Source of the DNA: Eledone cirrhosa
Lineage: Eukaryota
Direction of reading: 5' to 3'
Length of the DNA stretch: 64,000 bases
Assembly (NCBI GenBank): GCA_964016885.1
Contig: OZ024748.1
Coordinates: forward strand, 8,990,001-9,054,000
The position numbers were made by a program, and so were the translations under genes. Positions 12,676-25,398 of the stretch are shown here, piece after piece (the first letter of the stretch is position 1; each line of letters opens with the position of its first letter). Under the pieces are notes generated by a model. That model saw only the letters and a list, made by a program, of their open reading frames with translations, made no database searches and was not told the origin of the DNA.

Positions 12676-12746
12676 TATTTTATTATGCGCATTTCAAAAA
12701 CAAACATCATCATACAATAATATTTGTGTTTTCATCAGATAAAACA
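12676..12746 (-). ncRNA. Type I hammerhead ribozyme (family A)
   Basis: Reverse complement of the 12859-12929 fold; cores intact. Confidence 0.78.
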
Positions 12747-12858
12747 GGAGAACATGATATGAAGGCTAAAAAACACCTGTGGACAGTGCAGTTTTAAATC
12801 AACATATTTAAAACTGCACTATCCACAAGTGTTTTTTAGCCTTCATATCATGTTCTCC

Positions 12859-12929
12859 TGTTTTATCTGATGAAAACACAAATATTATTGCATGATGATG
12901 TTTGTTTTTGAAATGCGCATAATAAAATA
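12859..12929 (+). ncRNA. Type I hammerhead ribozyme (family A)
   Basis: tgttttat-CTGATGA-aaacacaaatattatt(gcat)gatgatgtttgttttt-GAAA-tgcgca-TA-ataaaata. Confidence 0.8.
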
Positions 12930-12959
12930 CATGGAACTCCTTTAACCATCTTTTGATCT

Positions 12960-12997
<38 letters not shown>

Positions 12998-13000
<3 letters not shown>

Positions 13001-13113
13001 AAAGAGGGTGTAGTAAGATACCAGGTGACCATACTGGTGGCTTAGTTCGGTAGTTCGGATCTAGCTGTCGAAATGGCCGGAGCTCAGCCGTCGGGGTCCT
13101 GACTCTCTTTTCA
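12998..13113. mobile_element. Diverged, internally deleted family C element (half hammerhead plus reversed tail)
   Basis: aagaaagagggtgtagtaagataccaggtgaccata matches the reverse complement of the 59.7-kb tail; gctgtcGAAAtggccggagctcagccgTCggggtc matches the 52.2/59.6-kb core; lies in (TA)n. Confidence 0.65.
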
Positions 13114-13526
13114 TATATCTATATATATATTTAAATAATTTTAAAAGCCATACAATGCACTAGAAAATTAAAGGTGCCAAGATAACCATAGAATCTTACC
13201 TTAGCAAATTTAATAATCGAAAATTTATCGGGTTTAAAAACCCATTATCAAGTGAAAGTCTTAAAGGATCGATCGGATATGAGTTGTAATAATATATATA
13301 TTATTAACTTTTCGCTCCATTGACTGCTTTGCAACTGCCTCAAACAATTCGATTACTATCTGCTATATTGCGGCTACAAATTCGATCTATTCTCAATCTA
13401 TACATATTCACACAAATTCCTAGAAACAACAGCCAAAGCTCCTTAAAAAAAACCGCTTTCGTTAAATAGGAAAGAACACGTAATGTAGTGTATTTCTAGC
13501 TACACTGGCCGAAAGCAAGATGTGAT

Positions 13527-13636
13527 GATCATGGGTGAACCAGCTTCGATCATGGGTGAGTCAGCTTCGATCATGGGTTTGCTCAAACATGGGTTTACTC
13601 AACCATGGGTCTACTCAAACATGGGTTTACTCAAAC
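13527..13636. repeat. catgggt-anchored short tandem repeats (2x21 bp then 4x16 bp)
   Basis: gatcatgggtgaaccagcttc-type x2; catgggtttactcaaa-type x4. Confidence 0.8.
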
Positions 13637-14731
13637 GTGCCTAAACTGGTGTCTAAACAAATTATCAATAGTTAATTAGATTAGGGGTAGGGTTATATTT
13701 TTAAAGAGCTTTGTAGAATTGATAGAAACATTTGTTGTTGTAAACTTAAGATAATCTAATAAGGCAGTATTTTAGTGGTATTAATGATGTTTATCTAAGG
13801 TTATAATGTACTCTTTCATTCCTACTATGTTTCCATATATTGCTCTTTTACCTGCTAATTCATAGTATTTCTATTTTCATCTGACCAAAGGTTGTGAGGT
13901 AATACCACATTATGGTCATTAGATCGAAATGCTAAGAGATTTTCACACGTTAAATACCCCGAATATCAATGTTTGTAAAAGGTTTTGTTTAGAATTTAAA
14001 GAACAAAAGAAATCGGTAATTGAATTGTAAATAAAAGAATCATCTAGATTTCTGTGCCAGAACAACTGATCCTAGAAATAATACTGGATGTTAGAACTTA
14101 TCTTCTACTCTGCTCACTTGATCGTAACTTCTAGACTCTTTTCAACTGTACAACAAACGCTACCTATTTGACAATGTGCAGACGCTTTGATCTCCCCAAC
14201 CAAACGAGCAATAAATTCACTGTTTACTTTGTCCTTTGTTTAATGATTATTTTTAATATGATTTATAGAATCAATAAGTAAAAGATGAAAGGAAAGAAAG
14301 CTAATGGTTGGTTCTGTGTTCATTACACCGGTTAAAGTAATGAATTCAAAGCCTGGAACCGATTCCTAGAAAATAGGATATAAAAACGACTCAAATATTT
14401 ATGTTCCCGCGATAGTCGTATTGTATATCTTCCATTCTCACCTATAAACCAACCATTCTTTCTAAAAGTATATGGTTAAATATAGTTAAAAATCTTTTAG
14501 ATGTCTTTTGTTTGAAATGTATCGTTATGAGATTTCAAATTTAGCCACCTTCCCATTTTACAAATAATATACATGTATACATACATACATAAACACACAC
14601 ACATTATATATATATATATATATACATACATACATACATACATACATACATACATACATACATACATACATACATACAAACATACATACATATATATTTA
14701 CATATATGTATATACATATATATATAGATAC

Positions 14732-14781
<50 letters not shown>

Positions 14782-15018
14782 ACATATATATATATATATA
14801 TATATACATATATATATACATATATATATACATATATATATACAGGTACCTGATCGATTGGAAAGCTACAAACAAGTCGTAATGGCTTGACGAGGAATAA
14901 ATCAAAATTACTCAAGGAATTAAACCAAACTAAAGCAATATATCGATAAATCAAATTACTAGAATCAGAAAAGGTGTGAATGATGTCTAGGACGTATTGT
15001 TACATCCGAGGACAGCGA

Positions 15019-15101
<83 letters not shown>

Positions 15102-15269
15102 ATACTCCACTTGGTTGTGGTGTGGTGGGGCTGACAGCGTTGTTAGAACTCAATGTGTGTTTGGAAAGATCAGCGATATTAGGCAGTGTGACCAGTAGTT
15201 TTTGTACTATGTGACCCCCGCTTAAAACTTCCTCGAAGAAGAATCCACCCATGTTACAACATCCTTTAG

Positions 15270-15848
15270 CTTTTGTGGCATAGAGTTATGTCACTTTAAG
15301 TTCTGAGTTCAAATCCCGACGAGGTCAACTTTGCTTTCCATCGTTCCAGGGTCGATAACATAAAGTACCAGTAATGTAATGGGGTCTATATAATTAACTT
15401 CTCCACCCTCACAAATTGTTGAGACTTTCTGCCCAAATTAGAAACCATTATTAAACAAAAGGCGGTGGATTGGCAGTATCGGTAAAGGGTCGGACGCCAT
15501 GCTTTGACGCATAGAGTTACGGTCCTTGCCATTCTGAGTTCAAATGCCGCCGAGGTTTACTTTGCCTTTCATCCTTACCTTACGGGGTCGATAAAATAAT
15601 GTACCAGTAATGCACTGGGTAATTGCTGGCCTTGTGCCAAAAGTAGAAACAATTATTAAACAAAAGGCGGTGAATTGGCAGTATCGGTAGAGGGTCGGAC
15701 GCATAGAGTTACGGCCCTTTATGGTCTGAGTTGAAATCCCGCCGAGGTTAACTTTGCCTTCCATCCTTACGGGGTCGATAAAATAAAGTACCAGTAATGC
15801 ACTGGGGTAATTGCTGGCCTTGTGCCAAAATTAGAAACCATTATTAAA
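15270..15848 (+). mobile_element. Head-to-tail trimer of the tRNA-derived SINE
   Basis: Older 5'-truncated copy ~15270-15452; copies starting at 15461 and 15666; both junctions read attattaaacaaaa. Confidence 0.85.
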
Positions 15849-15896
15849 TAATACCATGAGACACGGAATATTAGTTACAACTATATTTATATATAT

Positions 15897-16488
15897 GGAC
15901 TATTTTTATCATATGTAACCCATGTGCAAACCACGCAGTATACTTCTTTCTTCTCACGTTTTTTATATATATTTACTTCGGCTGCGTTTGTCTGTTTCTC
16001 TCTTACTGCTTCCCAGCTCTCTCTGTTTCTCTCACCTTCTTTCGCCCCCCTCTGTCAGTTACACTTTCTCTCGACTGACCTCTTCCTCACACTTCCACTC
16101 ACTCACTCTCTGTTTCTCCCCTTCTCACTTCCTCCCGTTTGGCTTGTGTGGGTCTCTTCTTGCTCACATCTCACACACATCACCACGGTCTGTAACTCTC
16201 TCGCTCATGAAATCCACCCAGTTTATGCTGACCGGACAACCATGTTGCTTGTTTATTTTCCTATCTTCGGTTTGCTTTTATCCTTCTATGTTGTTTACTT
16301 GTCCCCCTCGCCTTACGCGAATTCTGGTCCCAATAACTTTTTTTAGTTATTGCTCGCACCAACCTGAGGTATCTGATTTTTAATGCGATGAAATACCAAT
16401 GATGGTTGGAAAATCACTGACGAAGGACTATTTTGATCATATGTAACCCATGTGCAAACCACGCAGTATTCTTCTTTCTTCTCATGTT

Positions 16489-16489
<1 letters not shown>
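15897..16489 (+). mobile_element. Element with ~65-bp direct terminal repeats (Penelope-like partial-tandem layout)
   Basis: ggactatttt.atcatatgtaacccatgtgcaaaccacgcagta...ttctca at 15897-15961 and 16425-16489; pyrimidine-rich body; CTGACGA at 16417; TA-rich flanks. Confidence 0.55.
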
Positions 16490-16519
<30 letters not shown>

Positions 16520-16998
16520 ACTGGCTGTAATTTGGTTATTTAAAACACGTGAGTTCATCTGGTTCTTTAATTCAGGAGATGTTTGTTTGGTTTCATGGAT
16601 TGGAGGCTGCAATGGTTGGCTTTAAAAAAGTTTAATTGCTGAAATTAGTATTTAATTGGATTATTAATTAAACTAGTGGATAGAATGGATTCGGAGTTCC
16701 GTTCTAGATGAAATTGATAGTCGATTTCACACTTAGCATCTATTTTAAATTTGCAGCACTCGTTTTAGACATAGGAGTATTCTAGAAAGCTATCTACTAT
16801 ATATCATATATTCGATTAATTCAGAAGAGGTTTTTCAGTACACGCACTTGTCGTATTATCTAACACTGTCAACAAGAAATTATCAACATGCAGAGAATAA
16901 TATTTATTCGACCTTTTCAGTTTATTTTGGTGATCGTCAATGTAAAAATAAAATTATTTTAATCATTCAGCCACCACTTACACACAAATATATATATA

Positions 16999-17098
16999 CA
17001 GGGTGTCTAAAGAATTTATATATACTTCAACAGCATTCTAATATATATTGCCTGTACAGGGATTCAAAGTGTGTATACATTTTTGGGGGGACACCCTG
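16999..17098. mobile_element. ~100-bp Tc1/mariner-type MITE, second copy
   Basis: TA|CAGGGTGTC...GACACCCTG|TA; interior homologous to 4519-4617. Confidence 0.8.
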
Positions 17099-17256
17099 TA
17101 TATATTTATATCGGCCTCCACCCACGCACGTCTGATTATTTGCCTGCCTTCTTCACTCATACTAATAAATGTTTTTCCTAACCTTTCAACCTTCTCTTTC
17201 TCTGACCATTGCTCTTCTCTGATGAAGGACTAACCTCCTTTACGTTGACACGTTCA

Positions 17257-17355
17257 TAAAGTGTTTTGCTCAAGAACACAACCCAGTCCAGGAATTCGAA
17301 CCCACGACATTATGATTGTAAGTCCAACACCCTTACCACTAGGCCACGTGCCTCC
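17257..17355 (-). mobile_element. 5' part of a second tRNA-derived SINE family
   Basis: Minus strand ggaggcacgTGGCCTAGTGGtaagg...gGTTCGAATTCc (A and B boxes), then tgtgttcttgagcaaaacacttta, which resembles the CORE-type segment. Confidence 0.7.
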
Positions 17356-17676
17356 CTGTTGTGGAAACCAAGTAAGCGGGATGCTGGAAAAATGGGTTCA
17401 GTTAAGAAGACCCTACTTTCTTTTCCCATTGTTCAAATGAGGTGAGGAAAAGGCAGTGGGGGAGGAGAGAGAAAAAGGAAGGAGGGGTGGGAAGAATTAA
17501 AATAAATCCTTAAAAGGAAATAGTTTACTCTGAGTTGTAGAAACGCTATGACGTCATCTATAAGAGAGAATGTTTTGTTTTATCACCGATAACAGCCCCC
17601 CCCTCCATAAATATTGGGGGAATATAAGAAATTCACATCTACTTTATTTTCTTCAAACTTAGAGAGAGGGGGGGGG

Positions 17677-17741
<65 letters not shown>

Positions 17742-17809
17742 GGGAGAGAGATATGTTTTTGTGTGCGGGTGTGTATGTGTCGGCATATATTCATCTCTCT
17801 CTGCCTTAA

Positions 17810-17829
<20 letters not shown>

Positions 17830-17840
<11 letters not shown>

Positions 17841-18051
17841 CATTTATGTATGTATACACCCACACATATACATATATATATATATACACATACATTTATG
17901 TATGTATACACCCACATATATATATATATATATATACATACATTTATGTATGTATACACCCACACATATATATATATATACATTTATGTATATATACACC
18001 CACACACACATATATATATATATATATACATACATTTATGTATATATACAC

Positions 18052-18060
<9 letters not shown>
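17830..18060. repeat. Minisatellite tacatttatgtatgtatacacccaca(TA)n, about 5 units
   Basis: Direct inspection. Confidence 0.85.
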
Positions 18061-18115
<55 letters not shown>

Positions 18116-18439
18116 TCATATGAACACACACATACATATAGGAACATACACACACACCCACATATGAATATACATATATATATACACACACACACACACA
18201 TGTATATATACAGACGCATATGTATATACATATATACTTATGTGTATATACATATGTGTATACATATATACATATGTATATACATATATACTTATATGTA
18301 TATATATATGTATATAATTATATGGGGGGTGCATCTTCTCAAAAAAGTTCCTAAACATTTTTTCATTCGCCATTGCTGATTAACCATCGTTAATTGAGTC
18401 TTAAGAGAAAAAGAGGAGAAAACTAAAGTGTGATGAAAA

Positions 18440-18730
18440 AGAGGGTGAAAGAATAGTGAGGGGTGTGTAGTGGTGAGAGGGTGAGAGGAGAGTGAGAGGT
18501 GTGTAGTGGTGTGAGGGTGAGAGGAGAGTGAGAGGTGTGTAGTGGTGAGAGGGTGAGAGGAGAGTGAGAGGTGTGTAGTGGTGAGAGGGTGAAAGAATAG
18601 TGAGGGGTGTGTAGTGGTGAGAGGGTGAGAGGAGAGTGAGAGGTGTGTAGTGGTGAGAGGGTGAGAGTGAGAGGTGTGTAGTGGCGAGAGGGTAAGAGAA
18701 GAGTGAGAGGCTGTAGTTAGAGGGTAAGAG
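18440..18730. repeat. 36-bp GA/GT-rich minisatellite
   Basis: gtgagagggtgagaggagagtgagaggtgtgtagtg units. Confidence 0.85.
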
Positions 18731-18817
18731 AAGAGCAGCAGAAGAAAAAATGGCGATAATTGACTAGACACAATTGATACTGACTTCTACACTGCTATTA
18801 ATGATGTAATATAGCTT

Positions 18818-18921
18818 AACACAGCCTCTTTACACACCACCCGCCACACACACACACACACACCACACACACACTACCCTCTTTACACACCACCCGCCAC
18901 ACACACCACACACACACACCA

Positions 18922-18952
<31 letters not shown>

Positions 18953-18970
18953 CACCACACACACACACCA

Positions 18971-19008
<38 letters not shown>

Positions 19009-19166
19009 CCCTCCACACACACCACACACACACCACACACACACCACACTCTTTACACACCACCCGCCACACACACACACACACCACACACACACTACCC
19101 TCTTTACACACCACCCGCCACACACACACACACACACACCACACACACACTACCCTCTTTACACAC

Positions 19167-19197
<31 letters not shown>

Positions 19198-19260
19198 CAC
19201 ACCACACACACACTACCCTCTTTACACACCACCCGCCACACACACCACACACACACACCA

Positions 19261-19300
<40 letters not shown>

Positions 19301-19410
19301 CCCTCCACACACACCACACACACACCACACTCTTTACACACCACCCGCCACACACACCACCCGCCCTACACACCAATACAAACACCACCCGCCCTACACA
19401 CCAACACACA
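18818..19410. repeat. CA-rich compound minisatellite (ctaccctctttacacaccacccgcca + (CA)n)
   Basis: Direct inspection. Confidence 0.85.
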
Positions 19411-19655
19411 GACAATCATATATGTACATAAACATAAAGGAACACGTACACATACAAATGTATAATACAAGTATACATGTCTAAATATATACAAACATAC
19501 ATATACACATAAATATATATATATATATATAATATATATATATATATATGTGTGTGTGCTCCTATAATACATATATGCTTGCATGCAAACATACATGTAT
19601 ACATATGTTTGTGCATACATACGTACATATGTATGCTGTATATACTTACTCACAC

Positions 19656-19728
<73 letters not shown>

Positions 19729-20625
19729 TATATACATACATACACACACACAAAGCATTCGGGATATAGAGAAGTATTGAACTATTACTAATATATTTAA
19801 TGGCAATGAGAGGTGAAGACGATGCTCCAGTATGGCCTAGGATATGTCTAAAACAAATCTCAGTAGTAAATATAAACATTTATACATTAAACCATCAGAT
19901 ATATGTTAGAATAAATACTTTAATGAGTGGAGAATCTTTTCAGAAGATTCTCTTCATAAAATATTATTGAATCGAAATTTCTATCTATTGATTAACCTTA
20001 TGATCTAACATTGATTTTACTTTATCTTCACTCTAGGAAGGTAGGAATGTATATCCTCTTTGGAAAAATTCTTGTTAAATTCCTCGCTTTCCTGATTAAT
20101 CTCTTTATTCAATGGTTAAGAGTTTCTTCTTTTGCTTGTTTTTACTTTGGTTTTTATTTTTACCTTCCTTTCTCTGAATCCCTTTGATATTTCTTGAACT
20201 TTGCTACTGAGACCGTCTCGAATATAAGAAATCTTTAATCTTTCTCGTGTTAACAAGAATGAGTTAATTAGAAAAATTATTCAAAATATTATTTATCCTG
20301 GAGAACGTACTATTCCTATTGCAAAGTTCTATATTGCAGAATATTTCGATAATAATAAGTAGATTCTCAATGATAGTTTTGTTAGGTATGTTTTCTATAC
20401 ACAGTTCCCATTTTGATGAAATCTTTTTGAAAATAGTTTTGTTATAGTTACTAACCAGATAATTGTTGTCTAAATGAATCAGTTAAACAGATATCAATAA
20501 TAGATATCAATCGATGATAAGTCTTTCTTTTCATGGCCACTGATCATACAATACTTAGGAGAATGTTAAATAGTTCAGCCTGCAGCACTATACCAGAATA
20601 TTGTTGATTCGCACTCTTTGGTTTC

Positions 20626-20963
20626 AATATCACCATGTATATAAATGTGTGTGTGGGGATCTCGCTGGATATCACCATGTATATAAATGTGTGTGTGTGG
20701 TGATCTCGCTGAATATCACCATGTATATAAATGTGTGTGTGGTGATCTCGCTGAATATCACCATGTATATGTGTGTGTGGTGATCTCGCTGGATATCACC
20801 ATGTATATAAATGTGTGTGTGGTGATCTCGCTGAATATCACCATGTATATAAATGTGTGTGTGGTGATCTCGCTGAATATCACCATGTATATAAATGTGT
20901 GTGTGTGTGTGTGGTGATCTCGCTGAATATCACCATGTATATGTGTGTGTGTGGTGATCTCGC
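20626..20963. repeat. ~42-bp minisatellite (about 8 units) with internal ATCACCA/TGGTGAT hairpin
   Basis: aatatcaccatgtatataaat(gt)n ggtgatctcgctg. Confidence 0.9.
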
Positions 20964-21857
20964 AGCAACCATATTTCACGTTCTATTTGGTTTTAATTTA
21001 TGTTGCATATTGGATGTCTTAAATAATTTACTTCCCTACATATTTTTCTTGTCACTAACTCCGAGTATTAAATCGACCTTCAGGTTTGAGTTCGATCTAT
21101 GTCAGTAATGTATTGAACAACGTTGAATTGATTGTATCCCTTCTCACAAGAATTGGTCAAATTGTTTTAAGATCCATTTCGACTCAGTGCGAGCAAACTT
21201 ATGACCAGCGATTCCCTAATTGTGACCTATACTATGTGTCTTTCCTAGTTTAAGTCTGAAATATGCTTTGAAAGTCAATTGGCTACTATTTCTAGCAACC
21301 AATTAAATACTTCTTCATCTGTCAAATATTTATATTATCTATAGATCAATAGTAACAGATGACAACAATATGTTTAGTATTGAATGTAAATAAATTCAAT
21401 CGTTGATCAGTGATTGTTTCCTGTGAATTGATTTTGACAAGAATGGAGTAAAGTTGTTGACGACATTCGCAACACGTGACACTGTCACGTGTCAGCCTTG
21501 ATGGAATAATTTGCAACGCTAATATATGACAGCAACAAAGCTGAATAATTTGTTGCAGTCAATTTAGTGACTGCATGGAAATAAAGACGAAGAAAGATCT
21601 ATTGTCGGGTAAGAGGTTTCCTGCGCACTTTGGTAAATGGAAGAGGTAGAACATCAAAACATGTGTAATTAAGACAAAGGTGGGAGGTGGGAGTAAATAG
21701 TGTGGGAGGGGGAGAGTAAATAGCGTGGGAGGGGGGAGTAAATAGTATGGGATGGGATAGACCATCACGTAGAATTTGTCTATATATTTATAATGATATA
21801 TATATTGGAAAAAATGAAATTTCATTTCTCACTCTTAGTACGGCTGATACTTAAATA

Positions 21858-22209
21858 TAAGTATGTATACATACATATATGTATACAGACGTACAGTAGT
21901 ATGTATATATATACATATATGCACACACATATATATATATATATGTACGTATGGGTTTACCGAACATTTATTATAATGTTCGGTTTGTTTGTTAACAAAC
22001 AGCCCGAATTAAGCCGTACAGTGTTCGGCAACCATCGTTGCTCTTTTGTTCAACACTGACAAAGGAACGATGAACTAGTTTCTAGCTTATTAGCTGTCAA
22101 CAGCCCGAAATGATTAGCCGTACAGTGTTCGAACACTGTACAGCTTAATTCGGGCTGTTTGTTTAGAAACAAACCGAGCATTATAATAAATGTTCGGTAA
22201 ACCCATACG

Positions 22210-22241
<32 letters not shown>

Positions 22242-22307
22242 CACGTATGTATATATACATACTACTGTACGTCTGTATACATATATGTATGTACGTATAC
22301 ATACTTA
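21858..22307. repeat. Inverted repeat with ~170-bp arms and nested palindromes
   Basis: Arms 21858-22027 and 22130-22307; perfect 20-bp palindrome tacagtgttcgaacactgta at 22121-22140. Confidence 0.85.
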
Positions 22308-22330
22308 GATATATATATTTGTTTATATAT

Positions 22331-22514
22331 ATAATTGTTTCTACTTTTGGCACAAGGCCAGCAATTATGCCAGTGTATTACTGGTACTTTATTTTATCGA
22401 CCCCATAAGGATGAAAGGCAAAGTTAACCTCGGCGGGATTTGAACTCAGATCATAAAGGGCCGTAACTCTTTGCTGCAAAGCATGGCGTCCGACCCTCTA
22501 CCGATATTGTCAAT
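22331..22514 (-). mobile_element. tRNA-derived SINE
   Basis: Reverse-complement match to the 9068-9254 copy. Confidence 0.85.
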
Positions 22515-22569
22515 ATATAATGATATTTATATCTGTTTCAATATACAATTTCTAAACTCCCTTCTACAC

Positions 22570-23010
22570 ATTATACAATATATACAATAAACACATTGTA
22601 TACAATATATACAATATACATAATATACACAATATATACAATATATACAATATACACAACATATACAACATATACAAGAAAGATCTATCATCGATTTATA
22701 TCTATTATTGATATCTGTTTAACTGATTCATTTAGACAACAACAACAATATATACACATTATACAATATATACACATTATACAATATATACAATATACAC
22801 ATTATACAATATATACACATTATACAATATACACAATATACAATATATACAATATACACAATATACAATATATACAATATATATAATATATACAATATAT
22901 ACAATATATACAATATATACACAATATATACACAATATACAATTTACACAATATACATTATACACAATATACACAATATACAATATACAATATATACAAT
23001 ACACAATATA
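22570..23010. repeat. (tatacaata)-type minisatellite
   Basis: Direct inspection. Confidence 0.8.
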
Positions 23011-23312
23011 ACCGACCCCCCCCCCCCTCCTTCACCCCCTCCCCAAATTGCTGGCCCTGTGCCTAAATCAGAAACCATTATTTCGCAATCAGAAGGATGT
23101 GATTTGTGGGACATTTCGCTGCTATTTCTAACATGTGATGCAGTTATGTTGAGACACCCACTTAATGAGAAACACTGGTACAAGTAATACTACAAAAGAC
23201 CAACCCTGTTAGTATGGACTCGGGTGTGTGAAATTATTTGCTGTCAGGTCCATCGTCTGGTGATGACCTCCAGATGTGTTACAGTGATTGGTGTAATGGT
23301 TAACAGTAACAC

Positions 23313-23683
23313 AAGGTCGGGCTCTGTCACCCCACCACCCTCACCACTTTCCAGACCCCTAAAAGGTCGATCCGGCTCTGTCACCCCACCCCTCACCACT
23401 CTCGTCACCCATGAAAGGTCGTGCTCTGACACCCTCCCACCCTCACCACTTTCCAGGCCCCTGAAAGGTTGATCAGGCTTTGACACACCCACCACCCTCA
23501 CCACTTTCCAGACCCCTAAAAGGTCGATCGGGCTCTGTCCCCCCACCCCTCACCACTCTCGTCACCCATGAAAGGTCGGGCTCTGACACCCTACCACCCT
23601 CACCACTTTCCAGGCCCCTGAAAGGTTGATCAAGCTCTGGCACCACACCCACCCCCTCACCACTCTCGTCACCCCTGAAAGGG
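23313..23683. repeat. ~50-bp GC-rich minisatellite, 7 units with a trimeric higher-order period
   Basis: aaggtc...ctctg.cacc...ccctcaccact units; ends cycle ttccagacccctaa / ctcgtcacccatg / ttccaggcccctg. Confidence 0.85.
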
Positions 23684-23784
23684 CCATGAGCCCTCCTGTT
23701 CTACTTCATAGAGACTAATTCATTTAAACAAAAGAAAGTCGGATATGATGGGCGGAGAATGTGTGGATAAATTGTAAAGGTGGG

Positions 23785-24012
23785 AGGGGGGCAGGGGGAG
23801 AATTCCGTGAGAGAAATGAAGAAGGGTGGAGAGTGGCAGGGGGAGAATTCCGTGAGAGAAATGAAGAAGGGTAGAGGGGGCAGGGGGAGAATTCCGTGAG
23901 AGAAATGAAGAAGGGTAGAGGGGGCAGGGGGAGAATTCCGTGAGAGAAATGAAGCAGGGTGGAGGGGGGGGGCGGGGGAGAATTCCGTGAGAGAAATGAA
24001 GAAAGGTGGAGA
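23785..24012. repeat. ~44-bp purine-rich tandem repeat x5
   Basis: gcagggggagaattccgtgagagaaatgaagaaggg units. Confidence 0.9.
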
Positions 24013-24442
24013 GAAGGAACCCTGGGAAGTTTACAAACAACGAACGACGGCTTTGAAATCAACAAAAACAATAACAGTGTCTACAAACAACAACAACAAC
24101 AACAGTAACAACAACAGTAACAACAATAACAACAACAACAACAAGTACAGGACTAGCTTATAGAGGAGCAATAACTGCATCAATAGGAATAACAATAGGT
24201 AAAATAGGAGTTAGAGTGAAAACAATAGCTAGTGCACACCTATCACAACAACAACAACAACTATAACAACTACAACAACAACAACTATTATAATAAATAG
24301 ATAAAACAATAGGGTGTAATGACATGATAATCTGAGATATTGAAGAACTCCGAACAATTCAGTTAAAATGAGAGGCAAAGTAGCCGTGAGTGATTTCCAG
24401 AGGTTTCCACAACAAAAACACAACAAAATCTTCCCCACAAAG

Positions 24443-24518
<76 letters not shown>

Positions 24519-24521
24519 GTA

Positions 24522-24559
<38 letters not shown>

Positions 24560-24672
24560 GACACACACATATGTAGACAATAGAGATTATAGATATTGTG
24601 TAGCAAAGGAATTACATAAGAAAGATACCCGAGAAAAGTTTATCATTGCCGTTGTTATTGTTGTTGTTGTCG

Positions 24673-24955
24673 TCGTTATCACTCTAGATGATATTGTTGT
24701 TGTTATCGTCTCTCGTTGTTGTTGTTATCACTCTAGATGATATTGTTGTTGTTATTGTCTCTCGTTGTTGTTATCACTCTAGATGATATTGTTGTTGTTA
24801 TCGTCTCTCGTTGTTGTTGTTGTTATCACTCTAGATGATATTGTTGTTGTTATCGTCTCTCGTTGTTGTTATCACTCTAGATGATATTGTTGTTGTTATC
24901 GTCTCTCGTTATTGTCGTCGTTGTTGGTATTGTTGTCACTCTAAATGATATTGTT
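24673..24955. repeat. ~50-bp minisatellite gttatcactctagatgatattgttgttgttatcgtctctc
   Basis: Five to six copies with variable (GTT)n. Confidence 0.85.
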
Positions 24956-25136
24956 TTATTATTGCTATTGCAGTTGTTGTTGCTGTTGTTATTGTCGGTA
25001 TTGTCGTTGTTATTGTTGTTGTTGCCTTGGTTGTTGTTATTGTTATAGTCGTTATTGCTACAGCTGGTCTTATGTAGTTGTTGTTGTGAAATACAGTGGC
25101 GGTGGCGGTGTTAGTAGAGTTGTTATATTGGACCTT

Positions 25137-25222
25137 GTTCAAATCCCGCCGAGGTTAGTTTTGCCTTTCATAGTCAATGTAATAGAGTACCAGTAATACA
25201 CTGAGGTTGATTTCATTGATTT
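25137..25222 (+). mobile_element. Internal fragment of the tRNA-derived SINE
   Basis: gttcaaatcccgccgagg...ttgcctttcat...gtaccagtaatacactg. Confidence 0.6.
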
Positions 25223-25398
25223 TATGGTGGTGGTGGTGGTGTCGTTATTAGATAATACAGTGAAGGTAGTCGTGGGGATAATAGTAATGCTGTGAATGTT
25301 ATAAACAACTTGTAATGGGTAAATATTGTTAGAAATAGCAGCCATCGCCTCCTTCTCATATCTAAAATATGTTTTGAATTAAATAACATCCGCATCAT

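Larger units (their letters stand above)
12551..12967 (-). mobile_element. Second, shorter family A Penelope-like insertion with inverted arms
   Basis: Arms ~12638-12799 and ~12807-12967 are reverse complements; tail on the left in minus orientation; (TA)n on both sides; homologous to the 1610-3100 element. Confidence 0.8.

Noticed and set aside
17257-17355. Possible tRNA gene
   Set aside because: A and B boxes run into a SINE body segment and there is no proper acceptor stem; called as a SINE
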